A DNA stretch of 63,786 nt, filler included, from Octopus bimaculoides (Eukaryota), in the NCBI RefSeq assembly GCF_001194135.2. It is 9 parts of 9 records of this genome, joined end to end, with 100 filler letters (N's around TTAATTAATTAA, not from the genome) between each part and the next. Parts side by side here need not be neighbours in the genome. Positions count along the whole stretch, not along the records: positions 1 to 9,524 come from NC_068985.1; positions 9,625 to 17,620 come from NC_068992.1; 7 more parts are not named here. The stretch is one strand, 5' to 3'. Made by a program: the position numbers and the translations under genes. Each line of letters starts with the position of its first letter. Position 1 is the stretch's first letter. The notes under the pieces were generated by a model. That model had not been told where the DNA came from. It saw only the letters and a list, made by a program, of their open reading frames with translations, and did not search any database. Below, piece by piece: positions 1 through 12,057 of the stretch.

Positions 1-40
<40 letters not shown>

Positions 41-175
41 ATGCATATTCGAGTTTGCGTGTGAGTTAAGTCATTTTGGGGGTTTGATAAAATTTAGTTT
101 AATGAAGAATTAATTACTGAACATATTGGAAACACTCACACACAGAAAAGGTAAAAATCGAGAACTCGAAACAAG

Positions 176-177
<2 letters not shown>

Positions 178-209
<32 letters not shown>

Positions 210-210
210 T

Positions 211-276
<66 letters not shown>

Positions 277-287
277 CACCGCCGCCG

Positions 288-356
<69 letters not shown>
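178..356. repeat. Compound trinucleotide microsatellite (TAC)n-(TGC)n-(TAC)n
   Basis: Directly visible; accounts for the poly-L/poly-Y and poly-S/poly-V ORFs at 126-449. Confidence 0.95.
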
Positions 357-972
357 AATCAGAATTTTTTAATGTTATCTGTTCCCCTCGTGCAAACAAA
401 CATGGCATGTAATACTATGTGGATAATGAAGAAAAATTTGAGTTTTTGATTGGGAATTTGTGCTTAAAGAAACGATTAAAATTCAACCAGGAAACAAACA
501 AAATGCAGAATTAACCGAAGTAACAATAAGAACATTAACGATAGAGAATAACTTTTAACAAATCACAAATATAAGAGAATAACGAATAGAAAAATATATA
601 ATAAATATAAAAAAATTAATATGATTTAAAAATACGAGATAAACGTAATAAAAATATGTAATAATTTAGAGAACAAAAGGAAAAGAAATTTATTTTTATT
701 GATTCAAGCGTTTGACAGAATTTCAAAATTTTGATTACATCATATTGGAAGGAAAAAAAAAAACCTTGATTTAGTGGAAGAATTAATTAAATGACAAGGA
801 GCAGTACAAGAGCATGCGAAATTAATTGGGACAATCATAAGGTTATTCTCATCAACAGTAGTACTATGACGGGCCCTACCACATCCAAATACCGAAACTA
901 ATACCACTTTAATTGCTGGTAAGGAACAACACATTTCGTTTTGCAAACATAATATACACATAATATAAAGCA

Positions 973-1232
973 GCGAGCTGGTAGAAACGTTAGCACGCCG
1001 GGCGAAATGTTTAGTAGTATTTCGTCTGCCGCTACTTTCTGAGTTCTAATTCCGCCGAGGTTGACTTTGCCTTTCATCCATTCGGGGTCGATTAAATAAA
1101 TGCCAGTTACGCACTTGGGTCGATATAATCGACTTAATCCGTTTGTCTGTCCTTATTTGTCCCCTCTGTGTGCAGCCCCTTGTGGGCAATAAAGAAATAA
1201 GAAAAGTTAGCACGCCGGGAGAAATGCTTAGT
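973..1232 (+). mobile_element. tRNA-derived SINE family B (Nin/Deu-domain-like core), start of a dimeric copy
   Basis: Head GAGCTGGTAGAAACGTTAGCACGCCGGGCGAAATG, B-box-like GAGTTCTAATTCC and core GCCTTTCATCC..GGGGTCGAT; the same sequence recurs more than 10 times in the window. The domain name is from memory. Confidence 0.85.
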
Positions 1233-1371
1233 ATTCGTATTCGAAACGTCGTGGCGCTGACTTTTATAGAAAATCTGTAGAGATAACTTAAAAGCGATTA
1301 AAGCGCACTGCTAACACAAAAAGGCAGAACACAGTATTGGCTTATAAGCCTTTGATATACTTGTGAGTATA

Positions 1372-1518
1372 TTCTTTTCTACTCTAGGCACAAGGCCCGA
1401 AATTTTGGGGGAGGGGCCAGTCGATTAGATCGACCCCAGTACGATTCCGAAATGATGAAAGGCAAAGTCGACCACGGCGGAATTTGAACTCAGAACGTGA
1501 AGACAGATGAAATATCGC
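1372..1518 (-). mobile_element. SINE family B, 3' part, inverted relative to the 973-1232 copy
   Basis: Reverse complement of the family-B tail (..GGCCTTGTGCCTAGAGTAGAAAAGAAT) and core. Confidence 0.85.
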
Positions 1519-1759
1519 GTTTGTCCCCTTTTAGTCACATGGGATGGTCAGGATCTTTCCACAACAGTAAATAATGCGATCGAAGATAGAAAAAATAGAA
1601 AATCCATCTTCGATCGTATTATTTACATAGACGTATTCGGTATTCGTATACTAAACATTGTAACTTTCAATGGTGGCTTGGAGAGATAACTTAAAAGTGA
1701 CACAAATACCACTATCATCACCAACACTACCACCAGCACAAACTAGATCTTTCACTTTA

Positions 1760-2195
1760 TTAGTTCGTCCGCCGTTATCGTCGATGTCCAAGGACGTCAC
1801 ATGGGAACAGGGGACGGAGCACAGTGTGTCTGGCTGTGACCAATCAATCCGATGTGTGCTCGAAAGGCTCTGTTGAAGGTCAGGCACTGGTCGTATGTTC
1901 GGACTGAAGGCATGGAGTTGACTCTGGACTCGCGCAGTTCATATTTTCTTCGTGCCCTTGCAATCCTGTTCTGTTATTTATTTCATTGAAACTAGCCACA
2001 AGGGCTGTACACAGAGTAGTAGCTGCGGGCTGGACAAAGACATTAATGTGATGAGGATGGTAACGAAAAGTGAATAGAAATGGGAGAGGCACCGGCGCCC
2101 GCCGACCGATAACCCCTGTTCTGTTATTAGCAGGATGTGTAGCCTTTGTTGGTGCGGCTTCGCCAGACAGAGCGGTCTTGTGCTTTCACTAGTAC
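1760..2195 (-). mobile_element. 5'-truncated RTE (BovB-like) LINE 3' end, interrupted by a 136-bp insertion
   Basis: One minus frame reads KAQDRSVWRSRTNKGYTSC**QNR / QNRIARARRKYELRESRVNSMPSVRTYDQCLTFNRAFRAHIGLIGHSQTH, the RTE ORF2 C-terminus with its CxxC..H..H finger. An RTE-type 3' end follows (..GACGATAACGGCGGACGAAC). Confidence 0.8.
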
Positions 2196-3262
2196 ACCTA
2201 CGTCCATGACAAACAAGATGACCGCTACTACGAATACCACCAAGACCGCTATTGTCACGACGAACAGAAACAATAAGAACTGGGGCAACAGGGGAAGCAG
2301 GAACAGCAGGGGAAGCAGGGGCGGTGCCATTACCATTACTTCTACCAACTTTAACCACCTTCATGATCAATACTACCATGGCCTTCACCATTAATCCTAA
2401 TACTCATCATTAGTTGTTGTAGATGTGGCATTCATTGTCACTAATATAACGATGATGGTGATGGTGATGATTATGATCATCATAATTATCATCGTGATTG
2501 TCATATCCTAAATGCCAGATATTAAAACATCTTTGTCTCATCTTCATGCAAAAAAAAAAAAAAAACAAATTTCAAACTGTGAAAAGCCTATCATTGCAGT
2601 CGTGAACTTCACAGATCTCTCACAATTCAAACGCTACTATGTTTGAAAAAGTTCACATTAGAAAATATAGTCTTTGATTTTCGACTCCTGAATAAAAGGC
2701 AGGATGGTTGCTTGACTGGAATATTGTCTACACCTCCCGCTTTCCCATTCTTGAGGGATTGTATATATATATATATANNNNNNNNNNNNNNNNNNNNNNN
2801 NNNNNNNNNNNNNNNNNNNNNNNNNNNNNNNNNNNNNNNNNNNNNNNNNNNNNNNNNNNNNNNNNNNNNNNNNNNNNNNNNNNNNNNNNNNNNNNNNNNN
2901 NNNNNNNNNNNNNNNNNNNNNNNNNNNNNNNNNNNNNNNNNNNNNNNNNNNNNNNNNNNNNNNNNNNNNNNNNNNNNNNNNNNNNNNNNNNNNNNNNNNN
3001 NNNNNNNNNNNNNNNNNNNNNNNNNNNNNNNNNNNNNNNNNNNNNNNNNNNNNNNNNNNNNNNNNNNNNNNNNNNNNNNNNNNNNNNNNNNNNNNNNNNN
3101 NNNNNNNNNNNNNNNNNNNNNNNNNNNNNNNNNNNNNNNNNNNNNNNNNNNNNNNNNNNNNNNNNNNNNNNNNNNNNNNNNNNNNNNNNNNNNNNNNNNN
3201 NNNNNNNNNNNNNNNNNNNNNNNNNNNNNNNNNNNNNNNNNNNNNNNNNNNNNNNNNNNNNN

Positions 3263-3300
<38 letters not shown>

Positions 3301-3829
3301 AATGATGATAATGAAGATAGTTTCTCATTTAGGGATAAGGCCAGCAATTCTAAGGCGGGACAGTTCGTTGATATTATTGGTCCCTCTATTGGAATCTTTC
3401 TTTTATCGATTCTAAGGGGCAAAAGGCAAAACTCATCTCGGCAGTATTTGAACTTAGACCCCAAATAGCTAGGGGAATACCATACAATATTTCTTCCGAC
3501 GATGTAACGATTCTAAGGTCCAAAACATTTCCGACCCTAGAAGTTCGAAATGCGATTTAGCGGGTGTTATATGGAAACCCCCCACCCAGGTAAACTTAAC
3601 AAAAATACAATATCTAACAAGGAACTCATGGACAGACATAATATAGTATGATTGAGATTAACAGAATCATTGGTGGCTAACGTGAATCGCATAGTTGCAA
3701 TTCATTTTAGCTATTAATGATGCTAAGGCTACCTGGAGATGTAGGGAGCGGGAGAGCGAGCAAGAAAAATAGAGAAAGAGACGAAGATAAGTATATATGT
3801 ATATATGTATAAATGTGTGTGCGTGTGAG

Positions 3830-3907
<78 letters not shown>

Positions 3908-4135
3908 AATGGAGATAGAGACAGACATATAGGNNNNNNNNNNNNNNNNNNNNNNNNNNNNNNNNNNNNNNNNNNNNNNNNNNNNNNNNNNNNNNNNNNN
4001 NNNNNNNNNNNNNNNNNNNNNNNNNNNNNNNNNNNNNNNNNNNNNNNNNNNNNNNNNNNNNNNNNNNNNNNNNNNNNNNNNNNNNNNNNNNNNNNNNNNN
4101 NNNNNNNNNNNNNNNNNNNNNNNNNNNNNNNNNNN

Positions 4136-4205
<70 letters not shown>

Positions 4206-4979
4206 CATGACAATAAAGAAAAATAAAACAATGAGGCCACATTATTCTGAGCACCCTAAACTGATTTATTTTGTCCAATTTCCAACAATGAAACTAACTT
4301 GCATCCAGAAGGCAACAGAATAAAGAAGTCGAAGAGAAAGCAAACGCTGTAAATTATTATAATAAACATTCGGTCTTTCTCTTTTAGTTCGTTAGAGTGG
4401 CAAATCAGTTTATGAGAAATAAAAATACATTGTTCTGTAAGCTTTTATCTTTGTCGTTGTTGAATACACATAAAAAATACATGCGCACTCACAAATGCTG
4501 ACTCTAATTACAGTCTTTTATACACACATATGCAGGAATATACACTCATAGACACAATTTTATATTCAGAGACTCTTTTAACCTCTTCCCGCCAACATAC
4601 ACACGTACACAGATGCGCGCGCATATATAAACAAGGAGAATTTCAGAAGTTTTGAGACTTTTTCTCTAATCTCTTTCAAAGTAGGACCCTCTGACATCAA
4701 TGTACATATTGTAATGCTGCAGCCCCTAGGTGAAGACCCCCATGGAAGTCCTTCATAGTGAAGGGGTCCAAGGACCTTGGCACAGCCTTTTTCATCTTGT
4801 CCTTCATCTTGGGGAACAATTAGAAGCTACAGGGAACAAGGCCTGGACTGCAGGGAGGGCGAGGGNNNNNNNNNNTATATATATATGTAGACGGTTGAAA
4901 AGGAACGCACAAGTTGATAAGTATAAGGAAAATAACACAAGGTAGAAAATGCTAAAATAATTTTATCATGAAGAACATT

Positions 4980-5294
<315 letters not shown>

Positions 5295-5774
5295 TTTTCT
5301 TTATCACCAAATTTTCAAGATGTTTATCTTCTTTTCATTTATGTACTTACTTGCTAATAAATATTTATAGTACTGTGATCCTTGTCAATACATGATCTGG
5401 GTTGCAAACCCCTTTATAAGTCCATCCAAGTTTAATTCGGATGCAAAATAATCTTGTACACATTTCAGACAGTCAAGAAGACATTCTTAACAATCTCAGT
5501 CCAGAATTAAATATTTGGCAGTAATATTTCAAAGATTTATATAAGAAGAATTATATCTGTTCTGTATAACATTTCCCTTTGAGTCTTTTGAACAATAATA
5601 AATATTGATGATGTATATAGTTCTTAGATGCCAATGTCATTTGTTATTCTGTTACGCTACACAAATTTGTGTTTATAATGGAATGACTTGAATAAAAGAA
5701 AATGACACTTTCAGGATACCATTCATTACGAAGTATATTTCCACAACCTGTGAAAATTTGGTGATGAAAGAAAA

Positions 5775-6037
5775 ATGATGGAAAATGAATTATATGAGAA
5801 TAAATTTCAATCTAAGTCACAGTTTAGAAGTATTGAATTTTGTAGAGATATAAATAAAGAGAAACTTAAAACATCATATCACTGTGATATTTGTAGTAAA
5901 TCATTCTCTCAGACTGGTGAATTAAGAAAACACAAAGTCACACATGAGAGAAGCCACATCACTGTGATATCTGTTTTAAATCATTCTCTAGGAGTGATCA
6001 CTTAACAGTGCACAAACGTATTCATACAGGTGACTAA
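5775..6037 (+). pseudogene. C2H2 zinc-finger pseudogene (two fingers, frameshift in first linker); inverted paralogue of 4980-5294
   Basis: MMENELYENKFQSKSQFRSIEFCRDINKEKLKTSYHCDICSKSFSQTGELRKHK, frameshift, then EKPHHCDICFKSFSRSDHLTVHKRIHTGD*. Confidence 0.9.
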
Positions 6038-6795
6038 AATATTCTTCATGAGAAAATTATTTTTACATTTTATATATGTATATATACATGCATATATGGG
6101 TACAGGACATAAAAAAAATGTTAAACACAATGAGAAATGAAAACAGAAAAACGAAAACATAGAAAACGAACTTTTTTTCGAACAACGAAAAAAAACAAAC
6201 AAACAGAGAAACGAGACATGCAACATAAAGAGTTTAACCCTTCTTCAGTTGTCCCTGTTTCATCTACTCTGCGTTTCGAAGGTAAGGACAATACGCGACT
6301 TCGTTGAAACAGTCCTTCCCGCAAAGCAAATTAAATAAAATTTGCGATTTTTTGTGGAGGGTGAAAGTGTTAACAAGAACAGGACAGTGAGAACAAGACA
6401 GTAAAAAGAAACGGTGAGGGTTGTAGAGCCAAGACGATGGAAAAATTATTATGAACGCAAGGAGGACGAGCCATGAGAGGAGACAGGAAAAGGCACGTCT
6501 TTTCTTTTGGAAGGAAATGGACAGAAAAATAGATCCCCTTTCGTCACGTGTCAGCGACGAGAGTGTCAAGGAGGAAGAATGAGAAAGAGAGAGAGAGTGA
6601 ACGGTGAAGAGGAGAGGAGAAGAATAGGGAAAGGGTGGGAGAGAAAAACTGAAAGGATGAAGAACAAGAGAGGGAGAGAGATAGACAGAAGAAATAGTAG
6701 AGATAGAAGAAGAGTGCGCATCGTAGTTATTAAGGCAAAACTTATTTGGAAAAGGATGCGTTCGATCATATAATAATATAAATAATATATACATA

Positions 6796-6968
6796 GGCGC
6801 AGGAGTGGCTGTGTGGTAAGTAGCTTTCTGACCAACCACATGGTTCCGGGTTCAGTCCCACTGCGTGGCACCTTGGGCAAGTGTCTTCTACTATAGCCTC
6901 GGGCCGACCAAAGCCTTGTGAGTGGATTTGGTAGACAGAAACTGAAAGAAGCCCGTCGTATATATGTA
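6796..6968 (+). mobile_element. tRNA-derived SINE family A, 5' half, running into (TA)n and a gap
   Basis: A-box-like TGGCTGTGTGG and B-box-like GGTTCAGTCCC; near-identical to copies at 8445, 36145 and 49122. Confidence 0.9.
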
Positions 6969-7504
6969 TNNNNNNNNNNNNNNNNNNNNNNNNNNNNNNN
7001 NNNNNNNNNNNNNNNNNNNNNNNNNNNNNNNNNNNNNNNNNNNNNNNNNNNNNNNNNNNNNNNNNNNNNNNNNNNNNNNNNNNNNNNNNNNNNNNNNNNN
7101 NNNNNNNNNNNNNNNNNNNNNNNNNNNNNNNNNNNNNNNNNNNNNNNNNNNNNNNNNNNNNNNNNNNNNNNNNNNNNNNNNNNNNNNNNNNNNNNNNNNN
7201 NNNNNNNNNNNNNNNNNNNNNNNNNNNNNNNNNNNNNNNNNTATATATATATATATATATATATATATTCATAGACATATGTACTATAAAACAAACACAC
7301 ACACACACACACACACACAAATGCTGCCAATTTTGGGTAGTATTGTTTGTAGAATGCCAACACCCAAGGAATGTAAAGGCATTCTTTAAATGAATTTTAA
7401 TTTTGATTACGATATCAGTATTGATCCGAGAGGTAGAGCTCTTAGTGGTACGAGATAGGAATTTGTGTTATTAGACAAGAGGTTTCATGTATGTTGGATA
7501 TAAT

Positions 7505-7716
7505 CCTTTCTACTGAAGGCACAGAACCTTGAAATTTTGTGGGAGGTGGTAAATTGATAACTTCGATCCCAGTACGCAACTGGTACTTAATTTATCGACC
7601 CTAATGGATGAAAGGCAAAGTCGACCTCGGCGGAATTTGAACACAGAAGTAAAGACAGACGAAATACCGCTAAGCATTTCGCCCGGCGCGCTAACGATTC
7701 TGCTAACTTACCGCCT
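7505..7716 (-). mobile_element. SINE family B
   Basis: Reverse complement of head, core and tail of family B. Confidence 0.85.
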
Positions 7717-7759
7717 TGTATGTTGGATATAATACTGAGACAATTTCAGACATATTCTT

Positions 7760-8099
7760 CTTAAGAAATGCTGAAATCCTCTTCGGCCATGACTGACCAT
7801 GGGATTGCACCTAGAAAGTTACCCTCCCAAGCACAAGTCCAGGCAAGGTTGTTTTATGGAAGATCAGCAGTCACCCATGCATACCGGCTTCCCCTCTCCA
7901 CGCCACCAGTGTTATCCAAGGGAAAGGCAAAGGCTGATACAGCTTGGCACCTATGACGTCGCAACTCATTTCTACGGCTGAGTGAACTGGAGCAACGTGG
8001 AATAAAGTGTCTTGCTCAAGAACACAACACGCAGCCCGGTCCAGGATTCGAACTCACAACGTCATGATCATTAGCTCGACGCTCTAACCACTGAGCCAT
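7760..8099 (-). mobile_element. tRNA-derived SINE family C (Meta-domain-like)
   Basis: Minus strand GGCTCAGTGGTTAGAGCGTCG...GAGTTCGAATCC...TTCTTGAGCAAGACACTTTATTCCACGTTGCTCCAGTTCACTCAGC; related heads at 32062-32170 (-) and 63671-63786 (+). Confidence 0.8.
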
Positions 8100-8181
8100 A
8101 AGAAATACACCATCAAAATATGAATGTTTAGCACAGACAGTAAGTACTCCATTGCATCCAGCTTCAGACGTCGAATCGCCT

Positions 8182-8398
8182 TCTTTTCTACTAAAGGCAC
8201 AAGGCCAGAAATTCAGCGGGAGGGGACTAGTCGATTACATCGACCCTAGTGTTTCACTGGTACTTAATTTATCAACCCCGAAAGAATGAAAGGCAAAGTC
8301 GACCTCGGTGGAATTTGAACTCACAGCTTGAAGAAAACAGACGAAATACCGCCAAGCATTTCGTCCGGCGCACTAACAATTCTGCCAGTTCACCGCCC
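8182..8398 (-). mobile_element. SINE family B
   Basis: Reverse complement of the family-B consensus. Confidence 0.85.
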
Positions 8399-8444
8399 TT
8401 CGGGTCGCCTTCCTTACTAAACGTTAGCATCAGGAGTGGCTATA

Positions 8445-9066
8445 GGCGTAGGAGTGGCTGTGTGGTAAGTAGCTTGCTTACGAACCACATGGTTCCGGGT
8501 TCAGTCCCACTGCGTGGCACCTTGGGCAAGTGTCTTCTACTATAGCTCGGGCCGACCAAAGCTTTGTGAGTGGNNNNNNNNNNNNNNNNNNNNNNNNNNN
8601 NNNNNNNNNNNNNNNNNNNNNNNNNNNNNNNNNNNNNNNNNNNNNNNNNNNNNNNNNNNNNNNNNNNNNNNNNNNNNNNNNNNNNNNNNNNNNNNNNNNN
8701 NNNNNNNNNNNNNNNNNNNNNNNNNNNNNNNNNNNNNNNNNNNNNNNNNNNNNNNNNNNNNNNNNNNNNNNNNNNNNNNNNNNNNNNNNNNNNNNNNNNN
8801 NNNNNNNNNNNNNNNNNNNNNNNNNNNNNNNNNNNNNNNNNNNNNNNNNNNNNNNNNNNGTATGTTTGTGTGTCTGTGTTTGTTCCCCCCAACATCGCTT
8901 GACAACCGATGCCGGTGTGTTTACGTCCCCGTAACTTAGCGGTTCGGTAAAAGATACTGATAGAATAAGTACTAGGCTTACAAAGAATAAGTCTGGGGTC
9001 GATTTGCTCGACTAAAGGCGGTGCTCCAGCATGGCCGCAGTCAAATGACTGAAACAAGTAAAAGAG
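8445..9066 (+). mobile_element. SINE family A, full length, central (TA/TG)n collapsed into a gap
   Basis: 5' half 8445-8573, gap, 3' half 8860-9066 ending CAGTCAAATGACTGAAACAAGTAAAAGAG. Confidence 0.9.
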
Positions 9067-9568
9067 TATCAGTGTCTACTGAGTGTTTAGTGATGACTAT
9101 GACACAGTCAACTTGTTCTATCTTATTTCTAACTTCTGTGAATAATCGTAGTCGCCGTTTAATTCAATGGTTTTGTAATGACCAAGTCACACAACGTAGG
9201 TAAGAAGCTATAATGCTTTATCTCAATTAGTGGGGAAGGTAAAACCTTCCTTCTACTCCGATTTAATATTTCTGTTTTTATTATAATATTTTTGTTTCCA
9301 ACAGTTTCATGACGCCGTCTTTCGCAAAATTTACACAGACACCTGTAAACAAAACTTGTATCTGAAATATACGAAGTCCATTTCGTCACTACCACCACCA
9401 CCACCGCCACCAACACCAGCATTACACCCCCAACATCCCAAACACCATCACCACCACCAGCACCACCTCAACCACCACCACCACTACCACCACCACAATT
9501 ACCATGATGAACGCCACCACCACCNNNNNNNNNNNNNNNNNNNNNNNNNNNNNNNNNNNNNNNNNNNN

Positions 9569-9580
9569 TTAATTAATTAA
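9569..9580. other. Artificial scaffold linker TTAATTAATTAA inside a 100-bp N gap (first of 8)
   Basis: Exactly 44 N + TTAATTAATTAA + 44 N; the same linker starts at 17665, 39250, 51819, 53483, 55140, 57263 and 59985; it carries stops in all six frames. Confidence 0.95.
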
Positions 9581-9624
9581 NNNNNNNNNNNNNNNNNNNN
9601 NNNNNNNNNNNNNNNNNNNNNNNN

Positions 9625-9935
9625 AATGATAGCCGATGTGGCACATGCCAATTCATACATTCCGGTAAATATATGAACACAAAAACCGGAAAAAATATTC
9701 ACAAACGCAAATATGAACTGCGAAAGCAGAAATTTGATTTACTGCATCAAATACCCGAATTGTGAAGAACTATATGTGGGGCAGACTGGAAATGCACCTT
9801 CAGAACGTTCACGTGTGCACCGACAAGCACCGACAGCAAATTAGAGACCCAGATGTCCGTCAGATACCTTTGAGTGGGCATATAATAACATATGGTCGGA
9901 AAATATCTATAATAATAAATGCCAAAACGAATTTC
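9625..9935 (+). mobile_element. Penelope-like retroelement, GIY-YIG endonuclease fragment (frameshifted)
   Basis: NDSRCGTCQFIHSGKYMNTKTGK / FTNANMNCESRNLIYCIKYPNCEELYVGQTGNAPSERSRVHRQ / HRQQIRDPDVRQIPLSGH matches the PLE CxxC..NLIY.I.C..C..YIGQTG..R..H motif. Confidence 0.85.
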
Positions 9936-11531
9936 TGTGTGTCAGTGTGTCACACCTTGATCCCGCCTCTCTCATTATTCATTGACATTTTTTCTACTCC
10001 TCCTGCTGGGATGAGAGTAATAGTAGGCATAGAGAAGGTGAGGGCGATAGTAGATTGACAGTTGAGATGGTAATGGGGTGAGAGTAATAGTATGAGCTGT
10101 AGTTGTGATAGAGGCAGCGGCGACGGTGATGATTGTAGTGGTGGTGGTAGCTGAGGCGGTCAAGCATGACGGTGATAGTAAGCAATGTGAAAGACAGTGG
10201 TGATGGAGGGGAAGGCGGCGAAGTGAAAGGTGTTGATGATGGTGGTGGCGCCAGAAGTCTGAATGGTGTGTGTATGGCAGTTGTGGTGGTGATAGTGGCA
10301 GTACTGGCGATGGCGATGGTTGAAAATAATCAACAGAGAGAGAGAGAGAGGTTAGAAAGGAAAAAATTGTACTGACTTCCGAATGGGAAGTCAAAATAGG
10401 CTGTTTATCATGCAGCTTTGCAATAAGTTCCAAATCGACAAATTATATCATTGTTTTGATGAAAATTGTTCATTGCTCGAAAAATATTGGCCAAGTTTAA
10501 TAAAATTTAATATGTACTCAATGCAGGAAGTGTCATTATTGGGCTCAATGAAGAGCCTTTCACAGGAGCTAGTTTAAAACCTGCCCGATAGGGCTGCTTT
10601 TAAGCTAGTTTATAATATTTCCAGTTCACAAAATACACAGTCCAAGTGAAATCGAGAGAAAAATCATAGAAAAGAACTACATTAATAAATTCCAACCCAA
10701 GCTAAATAAACAATAATAATACTTAGAGGTACTATTTCTACTGTTACGATCACTACTACTACTACTACTAACAACAACAACGCTAAAGGATCTCATGATG
10801 ACGATAGCAGGAAAATACTAGCTAAGTCAAGAGAAAAATGAGTAAAAATAATCTTATTTAGGGTTTAAATTTCTATTACCACAGCTACTCCGCCCACTAC
10901 CACCATCACCACCACCACCGCCACCAACGATAACAATAATAAAAGTGATGATAATGGTGATGAAGATAATTGAAATGTAAAAATCCCTAGGAAATGTTAC
11001 ATTTCTAAAAATAGCCAAGCACATATTGCTTTGGCCAGGGTCAAAATACAGGTCCCTTGACATGTTCAACAAACCATGACGCCTAAGCCAAACACCAGTC
11101 AACTGATGTAAATTAGTGAAGCCACACACTGATTGGTCAGAAAACAATTTGCATTGATCGATTAAATGGAGATGCTTGAAACGGCCGTAATGCATTGACA
11201 CCTGGACATCCTTGTTACTTATTTGCTTTATACTCACCTACCTTAGAGCTGCGTGGACAATACTGAACTGGCTTGGTGCCTCAATTTAAGTACCAAATTC
11301 AACTGAATCTTATTTTTTATACATACATACATACATACATGTGTGTGCGTCTGTGTATGTATGTATATATATATATATATATATATATACATACATACAT
11401 ACATACATTTATATATATGTATGTATATACATAATTAAAATCAGGGTAATAAAAATTTTAGAAATTTTTACTACTAGTGACCTAGCATGTAGAAAAATTA
11501 GTCAATAGACTATATATTATTCATATTAATA

Positions 11532-12057
11532 CTGTACATTTAAACACATAAGAGGTATCCGTCTTAGGATTCCTGGCATGCTAGAAGGAACAGCCAAAAT
11601 CCAAACCACTATTAGGGATAAACCTCGAAGGGAACGAAAAATAAAAACATTTACCATCTATCTCCAGGACTATGGTTTCTGACTTTTTTTAGTAAATAAA
11701 ATAATTTGCTAGGCGAAGTCTTCATCGATAGGTACGCCTAGATTAAACATATAATAAGTATGAGGCAATCTAGCATGTGCCCCGTGCTTGCGCGGTGGAT
11801 TTGAAAAACTATAATGTATAAGCACGGGGCACATGCTGGATTGCCTAGTACTTATATGTTTAATCCAGACGTCGCCGAGCAAATTATTCTATTTGCTAAC
11901 AAAAGTCAGAAACCATGTTCCAGGAAATAGATGATAAATGTTTTTATTTTTCATTCCCTTCGAGGTTTATCCCTAATACTGGTTTGGATTTTGGCTGTTC
12001 CTTCTAGCGTGCCAGGAATCCTATGACGGATACCTCTTATGTGTGTAAATGTACACT
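11532..12057. repeat. Long inverted repeat (foldback/MITE-like): arms 11532-11789 and 11820-12057, ~30-nt loop
   Basis: Arms align by eye at roughly 90% over ~235 bp, with one ~18-bp indel; the right terminus reverse-complements to CAGTGTAC (Tc1-like start). Confidence 0.95.

Noticed and set aside
740-961. Minus ORF with an acceptor-like TTCCTTACCAG (AIKVVLVSVFGCGRARHS..)
   Set aside because: Considered as a further SLC6 exon, but the gene already terminates at 13877 and no motif is recognisable
1978-2391. 137-aa minus-strand ORF MVKAMVV..
   Set aside because: Off-frame reading of the RTE fossil plus low-complexity flank
10854-11310. 127-aa ORF and a GTGAGT donor near 11237
   Set aside because: No recognisable domain, no polypyrimidine acceptor, stops in the candidate exon frames
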